From positions 124,001 through 188,000 of IMG/VR virus record IMGVR_UViG_3300032315_001715: a stretch of DNA of 64,000 bases. One strand, written 5' to 3'. Below are positions 27,058 to 36,464 of the stretch, piece by piece (within the stretch, counting starts at the first letter, position 1; every line of letters starts with the position of its first letter). The position numbers and the translations under genes are program-made. The notes below the pieces were generated by a model. The model did not search any database. It had not been told where the DNA came from and saw only the letters and a program-made list of their open reading frames with translations.

Positions 27058-29607
27058 TTAATAGGTAATCTTTGTCTGGGTAAACGGATACTCAACCGAC
27101 TCGTAGAACTTCTTCCGCTTTAAAAGGTGGCGGTTAGAAAACTTGCACTTGCTTGATACGTCGAATATCTCAACGGCTTCCTTGTCATCAGCCTTTCGGA
27201 GTCCTCGTCCAATGCTCTGGATCACGCGCACAAAGCTCTTACCAGGTTCGATGAGAACCAAGTTGAATATTCGATTGATGCTGATGCCTGTGCTGGTGGT
27301 GCCATATGTGGCGATCATTATGGCATTATCAGCCAAGTTAATCTCCTTGTATGCCTCCTTGCGTTTGGTACTCTTCATCTGTCCACTAATAAAGGTCGAA
27401 CCATCGATGAGCTCGTGTAATATGTCACCGGTCTCGATCCTATCCACCAAGATCAGTGTGTTACCGCTTTCGGATATCTCCTGTATCTTTCCAGCCAGCC
27501 ACGTTAATCGATCTCGGTTGGTAACAAGATACTTGAGCTCGCTCTGATAGTCGTTGTAAACGACCGCATCCTGTGTTTGCAAGATGTTCACATGGCACTG
27601 GGCTAGATATCCTTTATCTTGCAATTCCTTGGCACTGAGCTTGCCAATGATTGGCCCGATGGCGCTGTAAAGACTGACCTGGTTGTATTCCTCTTCCGGA
27701 ATGGTACCAGTTAATCCCCAACGAATAGGTATGTTGGAAAATACCGTGGTTAATAGATTATGCAACACATTCATGTTCTTCACGCTGTGGACTTCGTCGC
27801 AAATTACCGCAACCAATCCGTCCAGAAACACCGTTAGCTGGTCGTCGTCAAGCGCATCCTTGCTTTTCTTGTCAAGGACCATGAGGCTCTGCCAGGTGCA
27901 GATCGTGTGCGTACGAGTGTATTCCTTGCGATCACCATATAGCACGCCAACGTCGAGACCGATGTTTCGATAATCCTCTTCCGTTTGCTGCACGAGATTT
28001 TTGTTCGGAACGATGACTATGGTACGCCCATATTGCTCGGCTAACTTGCTGAGGCTTGCGGTAATGATCGTATTATGAGTTACAACATATCCATCTGTTA
28101 GATATAGATGGTCTGGATGGTCGACCATAATACACCGAACCGGCTCGTTAGATACCTTTTTGATATCAATAATATGAAGCATTGGCGCCCGTCTCACAAC
28201 TCTAGATGATACACGGTCAATCTTCCTGGGCATTGTAACCAGTATACCAGGCGTTGGATGGTATATAGACACGTTATAAATATCCTTGCAAGGTGTCATT
28301 TCTCCCTTATAACGATACATCCGATTGGTGCCTGCGGTGACATTAGCAATACCCCCGATGCTATGGAGCAGTTTTGCAAATCCATCGGCCAATTGTTGGC
28401 TAGTTGTTGTGAACGAAATGCATCCACGTTTGTCAACATATCCGTCAGTATCCAGAAGACCTTGTACCAACGACAGTCTTTGCGAATAGCTACTATTGAG
28501 ATATATAGGCGGTATAAACTTGGTATGACTATACGCCCCCTTTAGGCCAAGTTCTTCGATACGTGCCTTGTAGATGTGGTATGTTGGTTTTTTGATATCG
28601 GGCTGTGCATTGATATCACGCATCCATTCAGATCTTGCTTCCATATGAAGCTCATTTGAGCCAAATGAAATACTATAATCATATCGATCCTTGTGTTTTA
28701 GAACATATCTTGGGTCAAGCTTAGATGAGATCTTATCGACAATGAACTGATCAGCCGTTGAGATGCCAAAATTATCTCTAAATGATCCATCTCCGAGTAA
28801 TGCTCCTAGTAAGTACGGATCAATTGGTAAGTCTATATCGTTCGTCGTATCGAATACCATCGTTGGTAACGGGACTGACAGCGTCCGTTGATTGGTCCGT
28901 TGATACTCAATGATCTCCTTCAAGGAGATCACCTTCCATTTTTCAGTCCAATTGTGATTATGTACCTTCCATAAGTGCTCATCGCATGATCGTACCTTGC
29001 GACCGTCCTCAAATGTGATCTCATACACATCCTTTGGATCATGATCAAAGATTCCACTGACAACAGCCGAAGATCCGTCGGGTATCGCGACGAGATCACC
29101 TATCATGATATCTCCCATTGCCTTCCAACCACCAGGAACCTTAACGAGGCTCGATAGAGGTTGAGCCTTACCTGCCGATGTTGGGGCAATGCTGATGCCT
29201 TGCAGATTGCCAACGCACTCATTGATGGCCTGTATTTGATAGTCTCGTAGCATGATCGGTTGGCCGGCCATTCGATGGTCCGCCGGCCAGTTGATATGGC
29301 TTAGAAAGTTCTCGTTAACCTCGTGGAATTCAAACTCGTGCTTGGCACGATGATCCTGTATTTCAATTTCGTACCCGTTGTCGATAACAACCGGCAATAT
29401 CTTATCCAACAGGTTAAGATAGGTGCGGCCACCTAGGGTGCAAAAGCTCTGGGTGCCGTCCCATCTGCCCAAACGATAAGCCGGGCTATATCTTGCATGT
29501 GGGAGGAAATACTTGACCGCGTTAACACACGCTCGCCTGGTTACAAGATCCAAGCCGTCAATCTTTGCTGTACATTCGTCGACTATGACTATTTCTGCTT
29601 TTTTCAC
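27058..29607 (-). CDS. uvsW: UvsW-like SF2 helicase containing an intein
   Basis: LRDYQ, APTSAGK|T Walker A, DEVH, GLTGT, QSIGRGLR motifs. Confidence 0.9.
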   Translation of the reverse strand: MKKAEIVIVDECTAKIDGLDLVTRRACVNAVKYFLPHARYSPAYRLGRWDGTQSFCTLGGRTYLNLLDKILPVVIDNGYEIEIQDHRAKHEFEFHEVNENFLSHINWPADHRMAGQPIMLRDYQIQAINECVGNLQGISIAPTSAGKAQPLSSLVKVPGGWKAMGDIMIGDLVAIPDGSSAVVSGIFDHDPKDVYEITFEDGRKVRSCDEHLWKVHNHNWTEKWKVISLKEIIEYQRTNQRTLSVPLPTMVFDTTNDIDLPIDPYLLGALLGDGSFRDNFGISTADQFIVDKISSKLDPRYVLKHKDRYDYSISFGSNELHMEARSEWMRDINAQPDIKKPTYHIYKARIEELGLKGAYSHTKFIPPIYLNSSYSQRLSLVQGLLDTDGYVDKRGCISFTTTSQQLADGFAKLLHSIGGIANVTAGTNRMYRYKGEMTPCKDIYNVSIYHPTPGILVTMPRKIDRVSSRVVRRAPMLHIIDIKKVSNEPVRCIMVDHPDHLYLTDGYVVTHNTIITASLSKLAEQYGRTIVIVPNKNLVQQTEEDYRNIGLDVGVLYGDRKEYTRTHTICTWQSLMVLDKKSKDALDDDQLTVFLDGLVAVICDEVHSVKNMNVLHNLLTTVFSNIPIRWGLTGTIPEEEYNQVSLYSAIGPIIGKLSAKELQDKGYLAQCHVNILQTQDAVVYNDYQSELKYLVTNRDRLTWLAGKIQEISESGNTLILVDRIETGDILHELIDGSTFISGQMKSTKRKEAYKEINLADNAIMIATYGTTSTGISINRIFNLVLIEPGKSFVRVIQSIGRGLRKADDKEAVEIFDVSSKCKFSNRHLLKRKKFYESVEYPFTQTKITY
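28072..29166 (-). mobile_element. 365-aa class 3 (Ala1, WCT) intein with LAGLIDADG homing endonuclease
   Basis: Starts AQPL after GK; HLW in block B; VRC in block F; ends VVTHN followed by +1 Thr; LGALLGDGS and GLLDTDGY motifs. Confidence 0.88.
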
Positions 29608-29663
29608 CGTTCAATCCTCACAATCACTGTAGTATTATATAGTGCTTGCTGGATATAAGCGAC

Positions 29664-30698
29664 TTACACAGCCTTTAGCACGTTCTTGTCGGCAAACTTG
29701 CGCCATCGATCTGGCATGGCCTTGCGGAGATCAGCGGTTTTCAAGATCGATCTAAGGCTTACTTCTCGTAGGCGATCAGCATTGCTGATCACATACTCCA
29801 TGACCTCTTCGGTTTCAGAAGGACCAAATCCATGTCCACCGAGCATGTTATTGCTGTCAACCACATTGCGGATGTGTATCATCTTTTCACGGATGGTCTT
29901 GATACCCAGGCTCATGTAGTGGCAGCGTGATACGATAGCTTCGAGATGATTTTGTATCCTCGGGCTCCGCACATGATTAAAATCGATATTGGTGATGAAA
30001 ATGATCGAACCTCGATATTCAAAGCTGTTGGGGATATCCTTGCGATCCAGAACATAGCTGTTGGTATTCCAATGTATGGTACGAACAGCTTTGCTATCCA
30101 GGGCAGCTTTGAGAATGTTCAGCGCATCCTCATCGTACAATATGCCATCGCAGTCATCAAATACCAGCACGTTGCAAGTGTCCTTGTGATGCCAGAGCTT
30201 TTCGTAAAGCACGCTAGCACTCATAGCCCCGTGGAAAAATTCATACATGCTGGGTGTACCACGTAGAGCAGCCAAGGTTTCTAGCTCCCCCTTGAGGGTG
30301 TGTTCAACCGTATGGCTCTTACCAACGCCGGCTGGTCCGCTCACTACCAATCCCTTGACAATCCCTGATGCAATCGCGGTGGTCATGTCTCGAAGGATTT
30401 CAAATGTTTCATTGATCTCAGTTCGGATCTCGTCGTCGGTCTTGTCGACCACAGCAGCATCACCCGATGCAGAAGCCGTTTCTAGATCGGTTTTCTCGGC
30501 CGGTTCATAGCTTTCCACACCGTTGGTTAGATATACCCGGGCTCTTCCATTTCGCATGTCCTGGTATGTGGACCCATCAACGACAATGTAGGTACCGTCA
30601 CGATCCTTGTTTGGCTGCTGTAACAGCATAAACACCCGGCCGCTAACATCCAGATCTTGTCTGGTTCTTCCAGAAATAACTCGAACGTAGAGTTGCAT
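29664..30698 (-). CDS. AAA+-type ATPase
   Basis: GPAGVGKS Walker A and VLVFDDCD Walker B; start moved to MQLY by SD AGGAG. Confidence 0.75.
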   Translation of the reverse strand: MQLYVRVISGRTRQDLDVSGRVFMLLQQPNKDRDGTYIVVDGSTYQDMRNGRARVYLTNGVESYEPAEKTDLETASASGDAAVVDKTDDEIRTEINETFEILRDMTTAIASGIVKGLVVSGPAGVGKSHTVEHTLKGELETLAALRGTPSMYEFFHGAMSASVLYEKLWHHKDTCNVLVFDDCDGILYDEDALNILKAALDSKAVRTIHWNTNSYVLDRKDIPNSFEYRGSIIFITNIDFNHVRSPRIQNHLEAIVSRCHYMSLGIKTIREKMIHIRNVVDSNNMLGGHGFGPSETEEVMEYVISNADRLREVSLRSILKTADLRKAMPDRWRKFADKNVLKAV

Positions 30699-30740
30699 TG
30701 TGATTTTGTCTCCTAGACTAGTTGTCACTGTTGAAGTTCA

Positions 30741-30768
30741 ATTCTAGTGCCGGATCTCGGCTAGTCAA
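30741..30768 (-). promoter_or_regulatory. sigma70-like promoter TTGACT-16-TAGAAT
   Basis: agtcaa at 30763-30768 and attcta at 30741-30746 on the plus strand. Confidence 0.55.
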
Positions 30769-31186
30769 CCAACAACTTGGTTTTCCTTGGATCTGGTAAA
30801 CCGAGATACCTACAAAGCTCGTGGTCGGTTGGTATTATATCCCTGCGACCGTTGAAGAAAATCTCATAGCTATCGCTGCCATATCGTCCGATGCCATACA
30901 GCTTCGTAGCATCAATACCGTCCCAGGTTTTCCAGTCCTCGCTCATACGACGTAGTGTATTTGCACGTCGATTGTACATACCCAACGGTTTGATAACCTC
31001 GATTACATACCCAACACCGGCAACCAAGAACTCGTCAGCGGTTGACCATTTATGCAAAAACTCCGGTAACACGGTTTTGACCTGTTTGCGTCCGGTTTGG
31101 TTCAGCATGATCACGGCAACGAAATGTTGCCATGTCCCGGATATTTGTTCCTGCACCATTAGATCATCGCGCAATGGTTTAATCAT
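30761..31186 (-). CDS. MBD4-like HhH DNA glycosylase
   Basis: IMLNQT...PLGMYNRRA...LYGIGRYGSDSYEIF parallels MBD4 GIGKYGNDSYRIF. Confidence 0.75.
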   Translation of the reverse strand: MIKPLRDDLMVQEQISGTWQHFVAVIMLNQTGRKQVKTVLPEFLHKWSTADEFLVAGVGYVIEVIKPLGMYNRRANTLRRMSEDWKTWDGIDATKLYGIGRYGSDSYEIFFNGRRDIIPTDHELCRYLGLPDPRKTKLLVD

Positions 31187-31650
31187 CCGCCCTTGGTCCC
31201 TAGATTAACGTCTTCCATGCCGACGATACGAAGCTTGGTGATGTTACCAATTTGGTAGTGTTTGATCTCAAGACCTTTCATCACCGCTAGATACTTGTTT
31301 CGTATCAGGCTAACTTCGTTGATCAACACGCTCATGCTGCCTATATCATCCTCGCCATCGATGTATTTTTCAATGGCACGATCAGATAGGTCACGTTGAT
31401 ATCTCTCGAGATATCGTCGATAATGATCACTGCGCATCTTGTCATACTTGACGTTGAGATGCTTGAGTATTGCTTCAATTTCTTGCAACTGCCCAAATCT
31501 GTAGGAAGTTATGCCGCTTAATTCCTGCGCATTTTTCTCTAGACTACCGGAAATCCTTGTTTCATTTTTAGCTAAATTGAGCTCATTCTCATAATAAGAA
31601 ATCGCAGCAGGGATTTCTCCAAAATCGTTGACTACGCGGGAATACCACAT
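31183..31650 (-). CDS. uvsY: UvsY recombination mediator
   Basis: YLERYQRDLSDRAIEKYIDGE pattern; upstream-linked to uvsX. Confidence 0.75.
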   Translation of the reverse strand: MWYSRVVNDFGEIPAAISYYENELNLAKNETRISGSLEKNAQELSGITSYRFGQLQEIEAILKHLNVKYDKMRSDHYRRYLERYQRDLSDRAIEKYIDGEDDIGSMSVLINEVSLIRNKYLAVMKGLEIKHYQIGNITKLRIVGMEDVNLGTKGG

Positions 31651-31656
31651 GCTATC

Positions 31657-31884
31657 TTACTTTATAAATTTGCTATAAATTTCCCACATCTTCCAATCTA
31701 GCATTTTAAGCATGATAAGAGATCTAGTGTGGACCTCAAGCTGTAACCATGGTAAAGAATCTGCGTCCTTTTCTTCGATGGCCGTCTTGATCCGATCAAC
31801 GAGTTCGTCTATATTTGACCAATCGTCCCTGGTTGATTTTTCAATTCCAGCCAAATTCTTAGATTTCTTAAAATCAGTCTTCAT
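31657..31884 (-). CDS. Small hypothetical protein
   Basis: 75 aa, tight packing. Confidence 0.5.
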   Translation of the reverse strand: MKTDFKKSKNLAGIEKSTRDDWSNIDELVDRIKTAIEEKDADSLPWLQLEVHTRSLIMLKMLDWKMWEIYSKFIK

Positions 31885-32107
31885 ATTCTATCCCATTGTC
31901 ATAATCTTGATCATCGTCGGCAAAATGCTCTAACGCATGATCAATGTGTTCGTCCTCTCCCCTAATATCTTCCAGATCAGATATTTCTATTTCCTGATCC
32001 AAAAATATCTTGAGATATTTTACGGCAAGATCATTTCTCTTTGATGCTGGGAGCTGTTCCATGAACAGCTCCCAGATCTCAAGAACAACTTCTTCTGAGA
32101 TTTCCAT
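31874..32107 (-). CDS. Small acidic hypothetical protein
   Basis: 77 aa directly after uvsX. Confidence 0.6.
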   Translation of the reverse strand: MEISEEVVLEIWELFMEQLPASKRNDLAVKYLKIFLDQEIEISDLEDIRGEDEHIDHALEHFADDDQDYDNGIEYED

Positions 32108-32118
32108 TTGTTGATTCC

Positions 32119-33192
32119 TTATTCAGAACTTGTATCAGTATCGCTTGGTTCTGACTCCTGAATCTCTACTACCTTGGTCTCATCCCATTCATTCATGATG
32201 AGATCGAGCAGTTCATTCGGGATGGCAGAACGGAAATACTTATGCTCTTTGCCGGACCTGTCAATATATTTCATCTTGGTAGAATCCTTGGCCAAGATAC
32301 CTTTCTTCTCGAAGAGGTCGATGAGCCCGCTGTAGGGATCCATACCTGTTTCCCAGGGAATCTTGATCTCAACGTTTTCGAACGGCTTGTTATACCTGGT
32401 CTTCATGATCTTGCAAGCTGCTCGAATACCACGAACGTCGGTAACCTTCTTACCGTCCTCGTCTTCCTTCAGTTTTCTCTTCTGCATGGCCACTACGATC
32501 GAGCTCGCATAAACAAAGCCTTGTCCACCAGAAATCTTGTCATCTGGATCAAACATGTCTTGGCTTGCATAGCTATGGTTCGTTACGGCTAGACCGACTT
32601 CGTATTCACCAAACATGTTCACACAGTTGCGCACCAGTGCTGCAAGTGCCTTGGGCTTACGTCCCATATCACCCTTGAGCTCTCCGGCTTCAAACTGATT
32701 CACGTCGGTAGGTGTAAGCAACATCCCAAGGCTATCTAGAACGAATAGGATCTTCGGCCTCTGGCTTTCCTCAACACTGTCGTATCTAGCCTTGTAATCC
32801 TTCATGAAGTCGCTCATCAACCTAGCAACATCATCAATCATGGCCATGTTGACCTTGAGCAGCTTTTCTTCCGAAGTATCAACACCCAGTGCTAGCAGCC
32901 ACTTTTCATCAAGAGCGTTTTCGGTATCAATCAACACAACAAATATACCCTGTTGCTGTGCAGCTCTAACCATGTTGCCCGAACAGATAAAGCTCTTACC
33001 GGAGCCGCTCTGTCCAGCAAACATGGTTACCTTACCGAGAGGAATACCGTGCTTAAAATTGCTAGAAATACAATAGTTTAGGGCATAATTGCCCGTGCTG
33101 ATCCACACCTTTGGATCATGGAATCCCAGCGAAATGCCGGGAATATTCTTAGTCAGATCCTTGCGGAACTTTGATAAATCAAACGGACGCAT
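32119..33192 (-). CDS. uvsX: RecA-like recombinase UvsX
   Basis: AGQSGSGKS, IDTENA, LDSLGML, SGGQGFVYASS motifs. Confidence 0.92.
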   Translation of the reverse strand: MRPFDLSKFRKDLTKNIPGISLGFHDPKVWISTGNYALNYCISSNFKHGIPLGKVTMFAGQSGSGKSFICSGNMVRAAQQQGIFVVLIDTENALDEKWLLALGVDTSEEKLLKVNMAMIDDVARLMSDFMKDYKARYDSVEESQRPKILFVLDSLGMLLTPTDVNQFEAGELKGDMGRKPKALAALVRNCVNMFGEYEVGLAVTNHSYASQDMFDPDDKISGGQGFVYASSIVVAMQKRKLKEDEDGKKVTDVRGIRAACKIMKTRYNKPFENVEIKIPWETGMDPYSGLIDLFEKKGILAKDSTKMKYIDRSGKEHKYFRSAIPNELLDLIMNEWDETKVVEIQESEPSDTDTSSE

Positions 33193-33276
33193 GTCTTTCC
33201 TTTCGTTGTTGTTGTGCCAATCGTCTAGCTTCCTTGAAACAAGTTATGATCAGATCTAGCGGTCTTACTAAAAGAC

Positions 33277-33300
33277 GTGGGGGATGCATGCATCCCCCAC
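33277..33300 (-). terminator. Perfect 24-bp palindrome after gene 32 (hairpin terminator)
   Basis: gtgggggatgcatgcatcccccac followed by gtctttt on the minus strand. Confidence 0.7.
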
Positions 33301-33308
33301 TGATCTGT

Positions 33309-34406
33309 TTACTTCTGTTGCTGGCGCTTGCGGATGGCAGCAAGAATGTCTTCTGGAGACTGCATCTTCGGCTTTTCGGCCTGTGCTACGGGTTCAGATG
33401 ACTTTTCTTCCCACGGTACGGTAACGCTTTCCTCGGCCATCGGCTTGTTGGCAACCCTGTTCAGGATGCTAGCTGCGGTCACTGCTGGTGCTGGTGCTGG
33501 TGCCGGAGCAGGATTAACCGAACGTGCTGCCATCTGCACGGTGGTTCGACCAGTTGCCTCACCGGAATCGCCGTTGTTATCCAGTCGCATACCGTTTGGA
33601 CGATAGAACTGTCCCCAACGATCAGCATCATACAGTTCCTCATTTACCGATGCGGTAAACAGTTCCATGATAGCATTGAGATGGTCCTCGTCGGGCTTCT
33701 TTGGCATGTACTGGGAAAGATTCCACAGCCCGTGCGTGCTGATTGCAGCCCGTTCAGACTCGGTTAGGGGACGAGAACGAGGGCTCAAGCTTCCCGGCTT
33801 GATCCAGCCGCTGTCGTCGTAGTTAGCCCACTGTCCCTGCTTCTTCTTTGCCAAGAAGAAGTCCATGCCATGATCGTAGTCAACCGGGCTGTGCTCGATC
33901 TCCTGGACCATGAGGATCTTCTTGATGCATTCAAAGATGCTGGGATTGATGATAAATCTACGGATTGGATTTTCCGGGGTTTGATCCTGTTGGTTTGGAT
34001 TGTCTGTGACAAATCCCTGGAAGAGAAAGCTCTTCTTGCGATAATACTTGCGAGCCATGTCTTCAAGACTCTTGTCCTTCCACCAAGGCCGAATCTCGGC
34101 ATTGATCGGACAGCTACCAGCCTTCCACATGTCAGTGCAAGGGACCTGAACTTCAACCGGCTTACCGTCATTCTGGCCCTTGACGCCAGGGAACGGAAGC
34201 TTGATGATCAGTCTTTCCAACCAGAAGAAATCATTGTTTTCATCTCCATCGGGTAGAAGACGTAGCGTTGCTACGGTATTATCGGGATTGTTCCAAAAAG
34301 GATATACGGCATTGTCGCCGCCAAAGCTACCGCCATTCTTAGCGCGGTCCTTGTTTGCTTGCTGCGCAAGCAGCTTTGCTTGTATTTCTTTAAGTGTGAG
34401 TGCCAT
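33309..34406 (-). CDS. gp32: ssDNA-binding protein (T4 gp32-like)
   Basis: LRLLPDGD..N.FFW, CPI, GMDFFLAK..QGQWANYD; position upstream of uvsX. Confidence 0.85.
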   Translation of the reverse strand: MALTLKEIQAKLLAQQANKDRAKNGGSFGGDNAVYPFWNNPDNTVATLRLLPDGDENNDFFWLERLIIKLPFPGVKGQNDGKPVEVQVPCTDMWKAGSCPINAEIRPWWKDKSLEDMARKYYRKKSFLFQGFVTDNPNQQDQTPENPIRRFIINPSIFECIKKILMVQEIEHSPVDYDHGMDFFLAKKKQGQWANYDDSGWIKPGSLSPRSRPLTESERAAISTHGLWNLSQYMPKKPDEDHLNAIMELFTASVNEELYDADRWGQFYRPNGMRLDNNGDSGEATGRTTVQMAARSVNPAPAPAPAPAVTAASILNRVANKPMAEESVTVPWEEKSSEPVAQAEKPKMQSPEDILAAIRKRQQQK

Positions 34407-34489
34407 TTTATGTGCCTTTCATGTGCCTATTATGAGTTTGGATGCCAGGGAGTCATCTTTCTGTCTCCCTGGTAACAGCTTTATTTATA
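34407..34489 (-). promoter_or_regulatory. Gene 32 leader: TATAAATA, 8-bp hairpin and AGGCACAT direct repeat
   Basis: TATAAATA at 34482-34489; CCAGGGAG/CTCCCTGG; AGGCACAT at 34410-34417 and 34421-34428. Confidence 0.55.
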
Positions 34490-34526
34490 CCGCTAGCTCC
34501 AGTCAATTAACGATCTGGAACATTTT

Positions 34527-36437
34527 TTAGATTCCGGCAAGATTTCTGAGTCTGGTCAAGAAGGAAACCTCATTAACGCTGCCCTCTTCTGACATGATCA
34601 TACCATGTGTTTCCATGTAATCCATGACATCGTCTGATGAGATACCTAGGTACAACTTTTCAATTGACCCTGCATAGTTATGTGCCTGGGCCATGGTGAT
34701 CGGTGCCGTTACTCCCAGCTCTTTTAGATGCAGCTCAATGTTAGCTTCCGTTGCTTCGGCCCTCTGAGAATCAAGATGATCAGGATCCTCGTCCCATTCG
34801 GACATCGCGTCGTGTTCCGCAACGCTCGGCTCTGCCGTGCTGCCATACTTGGTTCGAAACTTTTCGATGGCAATGTTACCCCGGCGGTCATACGGTTCGT
34901 TAATGTTTTCGATGTGCTTCCATCCGGATCCCTGCTGCTGGTACACGTCGTATTCGTGCTTGACCACATCACCGTAGTCGTCCTCGTCGTGCATGAGGAC
35001 ATACTCACCAACACGATCGATGATTTCGCCTGGGATTCCTGGAATGTAAATCTGGCGTTCTGCTTCGCTCATGGTATCGTGTGCTTCTTGTTCAGCATCC
35101 GCCGAATCCATTCCGGTGCTTTCTAGATCAGATACCTCATCCTGCTCGGCATCCTCTGAAAAGATCGACTCCAGGGAATATGATGACAAGAATTCCTCAA
35201 GTTCAACTTCTTCTGGCATTGACGATTCCCTGGGAATAAAGCTCATGCCGCTGGCAAATGCTTCCTTGACCATTGCTAGATCGCTTTCGCACGGCTCGTC
35301 TCCATTTGAAATCATCTCAGCGATTTCCGACAATCTCGCTGACACTCTAGCATCGGAACATGCATCAGCAAGCTCCATGATCTGGTGGTACATCCGCTCA
35401 GCTGCACTAGGTTGCACAGCAGTTGATAGATCAGGTTGGCGATTCCACGAAAAGGTCATAGGAGTCAGCTCCGGTTGAGGAGTCTTGACGATATAAGATG
35501 CTGCTTTACCAAAATCACCGTACCGAGGATCTTCTTGGTCACAGCCGCATGTTTTGGCCAACGTCTCATGTAGGCGTTCGATTGCTGCAAGATCAACCAC
35601 CGCGCTTTCATCCAACAGCTCTTGGGTTGCTGTGGCATATCCCTTTGGCCCGTGCATGCTCTTTAGTCGCCGATTGATTGCGTCCATGCTTTCTCGTATA
35701 GAAAGCACCCAGGTTGATGCTCCTTCAAACAATCTAAGTTCGTTTTTGGATCTACGCAAGCTGCTGTAATCTTCGCTCAATGAAAAGATCTTTTGTGCCA
35801 CCGCATCGTGATTGGTACCACCGTTGCTGATATGCCTAGCAAATGCTCGAGCACCGGCCATGTGCAGGTGCGGATAGGCAAATCGTTCCCCAAGCCTGTT
35901 TTCAACAAACAGTGCTCGTATGTGTCGCGTGCGAGCACCGTGTTTTTCCTCGTTAACCGTTTCGGTATGACGTATGATTAGCTTGGCGTCTCCGATGCGC
36001 TGGAAGGAGCTTTTTGTGGTGCCAAACACCTTGCTAACGTCCTTGCTTTCCTTGATGTTGTTCACTGCTTCCTCCCTGGGATCTATTGCTTTATCGAAAT
36101 CTTGCCAATTAACCTTGATACCTTCCCTTTGTCCGACAGCAAGCCTGATATGGCCGATCAGTTTTTTGACCATTTCAAAATCACGATCATCCTTGATTTC
36201 TGGTGTTTTGATATCAACGTGGCTACTTTGACCCTCGTCCCTGATTGCAACCAAAACCGTAAAGGTTTCCAAATCTGCACTTTTGCTTTCAAAGGTGGGC
36301 AAAAACCGATTTGCTTTGGTTGGTTCAAGGGTTTCTCTGCCCTGTTCGTCATACATTGGCAGCTTCACCAAACCACGACCGGGGGCCTTGATGATCCCGT
36401 AAAGCTTTTTTCGTATGAGTTTCCAGTTGAAAGCCAT
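34527..36437 (-). CDS. Hypothetical virion protein next to terminase
   Basis: 636 aa; TAAATA at 36462-36467; C-terminal RLRNLAGI. Confidence 0.6.
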   Translation of the reverse strand: MAFNWKLIRKKLYGIIKAPGRGLVKLPMYDEQGRETLEPTKANRFLPTFESKSADLETFTVLVAIRDEGQSSHVDIKTPEIKDDRDFEMVKKLIGHIRLAVGQREGIKVNWQDFDKAIDPREEAVNNIKESKDVSKVFGTTKSSFQRIGDAKLIIRHTETVNEEKHGARTRHIRALFVENRLGERFAYPHLHMAGARAFARHISNGGTNHDAVAQKIFSLSEDYSSLRRSKNELRLFEGASTWVLSIRESMDAINRRLKSMHGPKGYATATQELLDESAVVDLAAIERLHETLAKTCGCDQEDPRYGDFGKAASYIVKTPQPELTPMTFSWNRQPDLSTAVQPSAAERMYHQIMELADACSDARVSARLSEIAEMISNGDEPCESDLAMVKEAFASGMSFIPRESSMPEEVELEEFLSSYSLESIFSEDAEQDEVSDLESTGMDSADAEQEAHDTMSEAERQIYIPGIPGEIIDRVGEYVLMHDEDDYGDVVKHEYDVYQQQGSGWKHIENINEPYDRRGNIAIEKFRTKYGSTAEPSVAEHDAMSEWDEDPDHLDSQRAEATEANIELHLKELGVTAPITMAQAHNYAGSIEKLYLGISSDDVMDYMETHGMIMSEEGSVNEVSFLTRLRNLAGI

Positions 36438-36464
36438 GTTAAACTCCGTAAATGCGTTGGATAT

